Shown: piece by piece, positions 48,674-55,440 of the stretch
Position numbering within the stretch: the stretch's first letter is position 1
Layout of the letters: each line of letters starts with the position of its first letter
Source: Geobacteraceae bacterium
GTDB lineage: Bacteria; Desulfobacterota; Desulfuromonadia; Geobacterales; DSM-12255
Assembly (NCBI GenBank): GCA_031401815.1
Contig: JANNRW010000143.1
Span: forward strand, 1-55,440
DNA length: 55,440 bases
Direction of reading: 5' to 3'
The notes under the pieces: generated by a model
Databases searched by the model: none
Told to the model about the DNA's origin: nothing
The model's input: the letters and a program-made list of their open reading frames with translations, nothing else
Translations under genes and position numbers: made by a program

Positions 48674-49667
48674 TGCTGCACTGATAATGCTGATCCTTGT
48701 TATTCTGGCTGCGCTTGCTTTCGACTACATCAACGGCTTCCACGATACCGCCAATGCAATTGCCACATGTGTCTCTACGAGAGCTTTATCGATCAAGGCG
48801 GCAATATTCATGGCCGCGTTTCTCAATTTCGCCGGTGCCATGGTCTCGACCAAGGTTGCGACAACCATCGGGAAAGGGATAGTTGACAAGGACAACATAA
48901 CCCAGATGGTCGTGCTGGCCGGGATACTGGGAGCAATCATCTGGGATCTCGTTACCTGGTACTACGGGCTCCCCTCTTCCTCTTCACATGCCATCATCGG
49001 CGGGCTGATGGGGGCTGTCATGGCGCATGCCGGGATTGCAGCGCTGCATTGGGCAGGGCTTAAGAAAATAATCCTTGCCCTGATACTTTCACCGATAATT
49101 GGAACTGCGATAGGTTTTGTTTTCATGATAGTACTGCTCTGGATAGTTCGCAAACGTTCGCCGAGCGGTCTTAACAAAAACTTCAGGCGACTTCAGGTCG
49201 TATCAGCCGCATTTATGGCTTTTGCGCACGGAACAGCCGACGCCCAGAAGTCGATGGGGGTTATCACCATGGCGCTTTTGAGCTACGGGATGATCCCTTC
49301 ATTCGATGTGCCGACATGGGTCAAGGTATCCTGCGCAGTAGCAATGGGGATAGGTACAGCTGCCGGTGGCTGGCGGATTATAAAGACAGTTGGTCATGAC
49401 TTTGTCAAACTACAGCCGATTCACGGCTTCTGCGTCGAAACCGCTTCTGCCGGTGTCATTCTTGGAGCAGCCTCCATGGGGATGCCTGTCAGTACCACCC
49501 ACGTCATAACTTCATCCATACTCGGAGTCGGTCTTTCCAAACGGATTTCTGCGGTAAACTGGACAGTAGCGCAAAGGATCATGGTCGCCTGGGTGCTTAC
49601 CATTCCGGCCTCAGGCCTTGTCGCCTTTGCCTGTTATCTGCTCATGTCACCATTTCTCGGGAAATAA
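48666..49667 (+). CDS. pit: PiT-family inorganic phosphate transporter
   Basis: FDYINGFHDTANAIAT and the second-half repeat GTADAQKSMG. It overlaps the DUF47 gene by 8 nt. Confidence 0.93.
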   Translation: MLDAALIMLILVILAALAFDYINGFHDTANAIATCVSTRALSIKAAIFMAAFLNFAGAMVSTKVATTIGKGIVDKDNITQMVVLAGILGAIIWDLVTWYYGLPSSSSHAIIGGLMGAVMAHAGIAALHWAGLKKIILALILSPIIGTAIGFVFMIVLLWIVRKRSPSGLNKNFRRLQVVSAAFMAFAHGTADAQKSMGVITMALLSYGMIPSFDVPTWVKVSCAVAMGIGTAAGGWRIIKTVGHDFVKLQPIHGFCVETASAGVILGAASMGMPVSTTHVITSSILGVGLSKRISAVNWTVAQRIMVAWVLTIPASGLVAFACYLLMSPFLGK

Positions 49668-49688
49668 CCCCAAAAACGGTATTTGAGT

Positions 49689-49859
49689 CCACGAAAAGCA
49701 CGAAATATCACGAAAACCTAACCCGGATAAACCGGAACCAAAATATTTCTCACAGAGGCACGAAGGCACGGAGAAAGTCACATAATTCAAATCATTTTTT
49801 GCTGTACCCAAATTCCTTGTTGACTGGTCTTCTCCGTGTTCTCTGTGTCTCCGTGAGAG
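49689..49859. repeat. family D element without enclosed gene (copy 3) plus CACGAAA triple word
   Basis: tctcacagaggcacgaaggcacggagaaagtca (49748-49780) is paired with the inverted ttctccgtgttctctgtgtctccgtgagag (49830-49859). The 16 nt ggcacggagaaagtca are identical to 15393-15408. Confidence 0.7.
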
Positions 49860-50048
49860 CAAGCTTTTCTGTTTCATGAATTAAATCGGAAAATGTGCAA
49901 ATTCCCGCTAGTCTCTTTATTGGCAAGTCTTTACAGACGTCATAAAATATTTTCTTGCCACTTCAGCACGAATTTCAGGCGTTAGTTACTAAAAACAGTA
50001 CCTCACCTAAAAGGTTTTACATCTACCAGATATAACGCCTTGGTTTTG

Positions 50049-51071
50049 TTAGTGTTTTTCTTGTGCTTCGTGGACAACTCCCTTATATTGGTTCAACCAC
50101 TCCTTCAGCCGCTTTAATCCCTCTTCGATTGAAATCTTTGGTTCATAACCGAAATCGCGCCTTGCCGCACTGATATCAAACCAGTGTGCTGTTGAGAGCT
50201 CGTGCGCAACAAAGCGGGTCATCGGTGGCTCCCCTTTCAGGCGAAAAAGCTGCCAGAGCCCTTCGCAGAGTATCCCGGCAAGAGAGGCTATCTTCGGTGA
50301 AACAGTTTTGGTGACTGGCGGAATGTCGGCGCAGGCCAGTATACGGTTCACCATATCCCAGAGCGGAAGCGGTTCGCCATTTGAGATGAAATAGGCTTTC
50401 CCTGCAACAGGGCTGCCGGGGAAAAGCCTGTCAGCTGCCTGTAGATGGGCGCGAGCAGCATTATCCACATAGACTGTATCTACCAGGCAAGGTCTGTTAC
50501 CTATCCGGCGCAGTCTGCCCGAACTCCCTTTGGCAATAATCCTTGGCACAAGATGATTATCGCCCGGCCCCCAGATGAGGTGCGGGCGTAGCGCCACTGT
50601 GGCAAGCTTGCCTGAGTTGGCTGCCAGTACGAGCTGTTCAGCCTCTGCCTTTGTCCGTGGATAGTGCGCTTCATAATGGAGAGGATAAGGGAGGGACTCA
50701 TCACCCCCCTCGACATCCTTGCCGTCAAATACAACGCTAGGTGAGCTCGTATAGATCAGCCTGGTTATGTTGTTACTCTTGCAGGCTGCAATAACACTGC
50801 GAGTGCCGATGACATTCGCCCGGTAATAGCCATCATAATCTCCCCAGATGCCTGCTTGCGCTGCAACATGAAAAACTGCATCACACCCGTTTGCCGCATT
50901 GGCAACCGCATCCGGATCGGCAAGATCTCCGCAACACTGCTTCACTCCAAGCCTGGTCAACCCCGGATATTCACTTCGGGAAAAACTGACCACAGCATCC
51001 CCTTGCTCGCAAAGCAGCCGAACAATCACCCCGCCCAGGAAACCCCCTCCACCTGTCACCAAAGCCTTCAT
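50049..51071 (-). CDS. NAD(P)-dependent 3-beta-hydroxysteroid dehydrogenase/epimerase-family reductase (OleD-like)
   Basis: VTGGGGFLGG Rossmann motif and YPRTK catalytic YxxxK. The ATGA overlaps the upstream ligase stop. Confidence 0.8.
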   Translation of the reverse strand: MKALVTGGGGFLGGVIVRLLCEQGDAVVSFSRSEYPGLTRLGVKQCCGDLADPDAVANAANGCDAVFHVAAQAGIWGDYDGYYRANVIGTRSVIAACKSNNITRLIYTSSPSVVFDGKDVEGGDESLPYPLHYEAHYPRTKAEAEQLVLAANSGKLATVALRPHLIWGPGDNHLVPRIIAKGSSGRLRRIGNRPCLVDTVYVDNAARAHLQAADRLFPGSPVAGKAYFISNGEPLPLWDMVNRILACADIPPVTKTVSPKIASLAGILCEGLWQLFRLKGEPPMTRFVAHELSTAHWFDISAARRDFGYEPKISIEEGLKRLKEWLNQYKGVVHEAQEKH

Positions 51072-52741
51072 GAAAGCTCCTGCGCGGCCCATAAAGCCAG
51101 TTTTTCCCGAAATATCTTGGCATTGTGGCGGATATCTACCGGAAAGGCGGGATGGAAGAGGATCGTAGTAATGTTTCTGGTGTGACTAAATCTACTCCCC
51201 ATTTCAAGCAACTCCTGACGTATCCTCTCCCTGGCACCCCTGCCTGAACTCTTTTCCAGTTCAACACAGAGAACCGGGCGCTGACTCCCCGGCCTGCCAA
51301 TCCCGGTCAGTGCCGTCCGAAACACAGACGGATGACTGTTGAATACCCCTTCAACAGGGATTGTAAACAGGGACTCTTGAGCAGTTATCACACGATGACC
51401 TTTTCGACCGCAAAACCAGATCCTTCCGACTTCATCAAGATAACCAAGATCCCCCATCCGGTGCCAGAGCCGACCATCAGCAGAGATTATCTTTGCAAGA
51501 CGGGTAGCTTCAGGTCTCCCGAAATAGCTGGATGTTACCTGCTCACCGCTGACAACAATCTCGCCTATTTCGCCATTTGGCAAAGAATCTTCGTCATGCC
51601 AGAGATCAACCGGTTCGTCACTTATCGCGATAATTCTTAAAGATAGCCCCTCAACTGCACGACCGACACAGATCCCCTTCCCCTCCCTTGTTGCATGACA
51701 GGTCTCTGCCAGTATCTCCCGGCTCCCTATTGAACTGACCGGCAGCGCCTCTGTAGCGCCGTAGGGGGTAAAGATTTCGGCATCCGGCGGCAACAGGTGG
51801 GTAAATTTCTCCAGTACTGAAGCAGAAACCGGCGCACCTGCAGAGATAACCCGTTTAAGGGTTGGCACAACTCTCCCCTGTTCGTAACCGTAGCACCCGA
51901 CCCTTTTCAGGAGTGCAGGCGAGCCGAACATGGTGGTTGCGCCATATCTTTTGGCCGGATCAAGTATCTGCTCCGGATCCACATCACCTGGCCGGGTAAA
52001 GTCCATCTGCGGAATAACTGCTGTCATCCCCAAAGCAGGCGCAAAAAGGGCAAAAAGCGGGAAAGTCGGCAGATCGATCTCTCCGGGCACAATTTTGTAG
52101 AGACGGCGCAGAGAATCTATCTGGGCAGCAAAATTGCCATGAGTATAGACCACCCCTTTCGGAGAGCCGGTACTGCCGCTGGTAAAGAGGATTGCCGCCA
52201 CTTCGTCCCTTGTTGTTGCCGCAGGCACAAAACCCGCGCCACGACCGGACTCTTCAATCTCTGCAAGTGGAATTCCGCCCCAGAACCTCCCCCCCCCGAC
52301 AGTCACCAGAATCTTAAGGGTTCTCCTCCCCCAGCCAAGGAGCCGCCGCGCAACATGAGCTTTCGGGATGCCGATAAAAGCAAGAGGAGCTGCTTCAGCC
52401 AGGCACCCTTTCATATTGTGTGCCCCAATCCCGGGATCTATGAACACCGGATGCGCCCCGATCTTGAACAGGGCAAAGGTGAGCGCAAACAACTCGACTC
52501 CGGGTGGCACAAGAAGGGCAGTTCTGACTCCGCGACAGATTCCGGCCTTCACCAGTCCGGCAGCGAGTCGATCACTTTTTTTATCAAGTTCCCGAAAGGT
52601 TATGGTGCTGTTTTTCGCCGGGAAGATAATCGCTGGCGTATCTGGCTGAAGGCGAGCCATTTCGGTTAATGGGCGGGAGATATTGACTGTTTCGGCAGGT
52701 TCCATAGCGCTACTATATTTGTACAACCGGGAGAATTCCAC
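51068..52741 (-). CDS. AMP-dependent synthetase/ligase (OleC-like)
   Basis: AMP motif FTSGSTGSPKGV. The N-terminal block GICRGVRTALLVPPGVELFALTFALFKIGAHPVFIDPG...AFIGIPKAH resembles OleC-type enzymes as I recall them. Confidence 0.75.
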   Translation of the reverse strand: MEFSRLYKYSSAMEPAETVNISRPLTEMARLQPDTPAIIFPAKNSTITFRELDKKSDRLAAGLVKAGICRGVRTALLVPPGVELFALTFALFKIGAHPVFIDPGIGAHNMKGCLAEAAPLAFIGIPKAHVARRLLGWGRRTLKILVTVGGGRFWGGIPLAEIEESGRGAGFVPAATTRDEVAAILFTSGSTGSPKGVVYTHGNFAAQIDSLRRLYKIVPGEIDLPTFPLFALFAPALGMTAVIPQMDFTRPGDVDPEQILDPAKRYGATTMFGSPALLKRVGCYGYEQGRVVPTLKRVISAGAPVSASVLEKFTHLLPPDAEIFTPYGATEALPVSSIGSREILAETCHATREGKGICVGRAVEGLSLRIIAISDEPVDLWHDEDSLPNGEIGEIVVSGEQVTSSYFGRPEATRLAKIISADGRLWHRMGDLGYLDEVGRIWFCGRKGHRVITAQESLFTIPVEGVFNSHPSVFRTALTGIGRPGSQRPVLCVELEKSSGRGARERIRQELLEMGSRFSHTRNITTILFHPAFPVDIRHNAKIFREKLALWAAQELS

Positions 52742-52835
52742 TTAAAAATCGACAGGATGTCAGCTATTTTTATGGCATTCAGATTGAAGCAGGATTATAA
52801 GATACACATACAGATTATCACAAAAGGATCCTGAC

Positions 52836-53474
52836 ATGAGACATACCGTTTTTGCCACTTTTTTCATACTTGCAACAATCAGCTGCATGTCGCTGCCAGC
52901 AGAAGTCTTATGTTTTGGTTTCGGAGCTGCCGCAACAGGCGGTTCCGGAGAGCTAAAAGCAGACAACAACTCTTTATGGGTAAACAGCGATCCTGTAACA
53001 AGATACGATCAGACAAGGTTTGCGCTTGGATTTATCTACGATACCAACGTGATTCAGGACAAGATCTTCAACTATCGTCTGGGAGTCTCGTACGAGCATA
53101 TGAACGCCAGAGCGCCTGGCAAGGGATTTTCACTGAAAGGGATGTCAGTGCAGAACGATTTCGGTTTTTCACTTATCCGTGATGAAAATACAAGATTATG
53201 GGTAGGGCCTGAAGTGAAAGTCGAATTTCTTGAAGGGACTGAAACCGTGCAGGGCTATGCGTATCATGAGGACGTGTTCAGCGTTGGAATCGGCCCGGTA
53301 GCAGGAGTAAACTACCGCCTGAATGAAGATCTGTTTATTGCCTTTAAATTCGGATTCCTGTTCCAGAACGGTTTCAGGCTATTTTCTGAATGGGAGGAGC
53401 GCTACGGCTTCATCTCTTTCGGGTTGATCCAGAGCCTGGGAGGAGAAACAAAACCTGCTCGTAAAACCCCTTGA
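52836..53474 (+). CDS. small outer-membrane beta-barrel-like protein
   Basis: Signal peptide followed by ~8 amphipathic beta-strand segments (FALGFIYDT, YRLGVSYEH, FSVGIGPVAGVNYRL, LFIAFKFGFLFQ). Confidence 0.5.
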   Translation: MRHTVFATFFILATISCMSLPAEVLCFGFGAAATGGSGELKADNNSLWVNSDPVTRYDQTRFALGFIYDTNVIQDKIFNYRLGVSYEHMNARAPGKGFSLKGMSVQNDFGFSLIRDENTRLWVGPEVKVEFLEGTETVQGYAYHEDVFSVGIGPVAGVNYRLNEDLFIAFKFGFLFQNGFRLFSEWEERYGFISFGLIQSLGGETKPARKTP

Positions 53475-53782
53475 AGCTGATCACATTATAAACAAAACAG
53501 GAAGAATCATCTTAGGTTCAGGCTTTTACAACCCTTATTCTGTCGAGGCGCATCTCTTCACTTGCAATTCAGGGCTGTTTGTCTACAAACTCGCAGCCTC
53601 CCCTTCGAACTCCTCATCGGCCAGATAAGTCGCAGATCTTTTTCCTATAACAGAGCAACAAATTTCCCCAACATTGTGACTTATGGAGAAGATGAAAATA
53701 AATCATTGACACAAGTTTAAGAACAGTGTATTTGTCAAATTGTATTTTATATTCATTGTGTTATGTTTAATCAGGAGGGGAG

Positions 53783-53839
53783 ATGGTGCCTGATATCAAA
53801 CTATCATTTCAAAGAGCCGCCCGGATCAGCAGATGTTGA
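53783..53839 (+). CDS. candidate 18-aa mini-ORF (MVPDIKLSFQRAARISRC)
   Basis: AGGAGGGG RBS ending 2 nt upstream of the ATG (very tight spacing). The last 9 codons lie inside the terminator stem. Coding status is unproven. Confidence 0.25.
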   Translation: MVPDIKLSFQRAARISRC

Positions 53840-53860
53840 TCGGGCGGCTCTTTTCGTTTT
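53813..53860 (+). terminator. strong rho-independent terminator
   Basis: AGAGCCGCCCGGATC-agcagatgtt-GATCGGGCGGCTCT followed by TTTTCGTTTT. Confidence 0.8.
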
Positions 53861-53887
53861 CAGCCGGAACCAGGCAAAACCTTAATT

Positions 53888-53975
53888 GAACGCGGAAAAG
53901 TCGGATTTAACGGATAAAAGCGGATCAGACCAAAATTCCTAGAACTAAAATCCGTTTTGATCCGTTCAATCAGAT
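53888..53975. repeat. family B intergenic palindromic element, copy 2
   Basis: gaacgcggaaaagtcggatttaacggataaaagcggatc...atccgttttgatccgttcaatcagat aligns with 4571-4655. Confidence 0.75.
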
Positions 53976-54043
53976 TTGATCTGTGTGCCATGATTCATGG
54001 CTTCTATGGAAATTCAAGCATTCCCGAATCAGCAGGAGGAGAT

Positions 54044-55440
54044 ATGTTTCACAAGCACTCAAGAATCATTGCCGCAGTCGTATTGTCGTTCTTCACCTGG
54101 ACTTCAGGTGGGCTGTTCAGCGTTGCGCATGCAGCGCAGGATGCCGTTAGGAAGGGGAAGCAGGAGGCTCCGGCCAAGAAGAGCGAGGGGGCGGAGGAGC
54201 GGTTCGCTCGGTTGACGGAAGAGCTGACTACCGAGCTAAACGACTCGAAGTCGAGCCAAGAGCAGAAGAAACAGCGGCTGACTGTCGCCAGGGTTGAACT
54301 AGATTCCCTTGACGTGGACATCCGCCAGCAGTTTGCCGACACCGAGAAGAAGCTGAAGGACGCCAAACTTCCGGCAGAGATCCTGGCGAGGCATGCCAGG
54401 TTCGTCAAACATTACGACGACAATCTGACTGAGCTGAAGGGGAACATCGCGCGTGTTGAGAAGGCGCAAAATCAGGTAGAGGTAAAGGTAGAGGTTGAGA
54501 AAACCTTGAAACACCTCGAAAAGGTTAAAGCCCCCTCCCGCCATCAGAAACTCGATCCAAACAATCTCCCCCACCGCCAGCCAAAGGCCCTGAAGCGGGA
54601 GCCACGGCTAAAGAAAGAAGAATTCGACAAGGATCTGAAAAAAGACAAGCACGCCTGGAGAAACGCCAAACGGATTCAGGTTGCTGCAACAGGATCCCTC
54701 GCCGGACTTCTGCCTTCCGATGATCTGGCCGAAACCATAGAAGTGCAGCTCACCCCGGAGATCAGGGCCAAGGCGCTGGAGCTGGGGAACAATCCGGTCA
54801 AGATCTACGAGTGGGTGCGGAACAACGTGGAGTTCGTCCCCACCTGGGGATCTATCCAGGGGGCGCCGATGACGCTCCAGACCAGACAGGGAAATTCGTT
54901 TGACACAAGTTCCCTCCTCATTGCCCTCCTGCGTGCTGCCGGCATCAACGCCCGCTATGTCACCGGCACAGTAGAACTCCCCATTGACAAAATCATGAAC
55001 TGGGCCGGAGGCTTCACCGACCCACTGGCGGCCCTTGATTTCATGTCCAGCGGCGGTATCCCCACCAAGGGGCTGGTTGCCGGAGGCAAGATCGTTGCTG
55101 CCCGCTTTGAGCATGTCTCGGTTGAAGCCTTCATCGACTACATCCCCTCCAGAGGGGCAAAGCACAAGCAGGGACAAGGGGATACATGGATACCTCTTGA
55201 TCCCAGTTACAAGCAGTACAACTTTACCCAGGGCATTGACATCAAGGCAGCCGTCCCCTTCGACGCCCAGGGGTTCCTCGACCAGATCAAGGCAACCGCC
55301 ACTATCAATGAAACGCAAGGCTACGTCACCGGCATCAACTCCCTTCTTACCCAGCAGACCATGCAGGACTACCAGGCACGGGTGCAGAGCTATATCCAGC
55401 AGAACCACGCCAACGCCACTGTCGGCGATGTGCTCGGCAA
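54044..55440 (+). CDS. secreted coiled-coil plus transglutaminase-like domain protein, 3' end beyond window
   Basis: ATG follows AGGAGGA, and the frame is open for 465 codons to the window edge (absent from the ORF track). It has a signal peptide ...FSVAHA-AQ. The transglutaminase-core-like motifs are QGNSFDTSSLLIALLRAAGINARYVTG, FEHVSVEAF and WIPLDPS. Confidence 0.8.
   Translation, partial: MFHKHSRIIAAVVLSFFTWTSGGLFSVAHAAQDAVRKGKQEAPAKKSEGAEERFARLTEELTTELNDSKSSQEQKKQRLTVARVELDSLDVDIRQQFADTEKKLKDAKLPAEILARHARFVKHYDDNLTELKGNIARVEKAQNQVEVKVEVEKTLKHLEKVKAPSRHQKLDPNNLPHRQPKALKREPRLKKEEFDKDLKKDKHAWRNAKRIQVAATGSLAGLLPSDDLAETIEVQLTPEIRAKALELGNNPVKIYEWVRNNVEFVPTWGSIQGAPMTLQTRQGNSFDTSSLLIALLRAAGINARYVTGTVELPIDKIMNWAGGFTDPLAALDFMSSGGIPTKGLVAGGKIVAARFEHVSVEAFIDYIPSRGAKHKQGQGDTWIPLDPSYKQYNFTQGIDIKAAVPFDAQGFLDQIKATATINETQGYVTGINSLLTQQTMQDYQARVQSYIQQNHANATVGDVLG

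Noticed and set aside
54608-55408. 266-aa minus-strand ORF (plus 54049-54408 and 54299-54574) at the right end.
   Set aside because: They are shadows of the plus-strand transglutaminase-like ORF. That ORF has an RBS, a signal peptide and recognisable motifs, but is missing from the track because it has no stop within the window.

Overview
This is a 55.4 kb chromosomal window. Its gene content and order suggest a Desulfuromonadales/Geobacter-like deltaproteobacterium. That is an inference from the larC-pgpA-cinA-recA-pilT-recX-alaS order, c7-type multihaem cytochromes and an abundant-porin-like gene; no search was run. Most of the window is housekeeping: recA, alaS, trxA, uppP, lon, rpoH, ispDF, cysS, rimO, csp and pit. 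Four functional blocks stand out. (1) A minus-strand propionate/methylmalonyl-CoA operon at 14.9-23.9 kb encodes an XRE-cupin regulator, a carboxyltransferase, a 959-aa biotin carboxylase-BCCP fusion, a degenerate thymidylate-kinase-like protein, a B12-domain-less mutase and an epimerase. (2) Two tandem hexahaem c7-type cytochromes lie next to a translationally coupled small periplasmic protein. (3) A six-gene chemosensory cluster at 33.5-41.3 kb has a CheR carrying a degenerate receiver domain. (4) A small accessory islet at 44.2-46.6 kb holds a toxin-first PIN pair, a decayed RhuM gene and an orphan 171-aa ORF. The most unusual signal is non-coding. At least four families of palindromic intergenic elements recur through the window. 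One family bounds a cassette carrying a GxxExxY (PD-(D/E)XK) gene between the mutase and the epimerase, and gene-less copies of it occur elsewhere. Another is a MITE-like ~157-bp element. Its three copies all sit at gene 5' ends in the same orientation, and one supplies the only start codon of a cytochrome gene. A long plus-strand ORF at 54044-55440 runs off the window and is missing from the supplied ORF track. No tRNA, rRNA or CRISPR array was seen. All homology calls rest on recognised motifs, not database searches.
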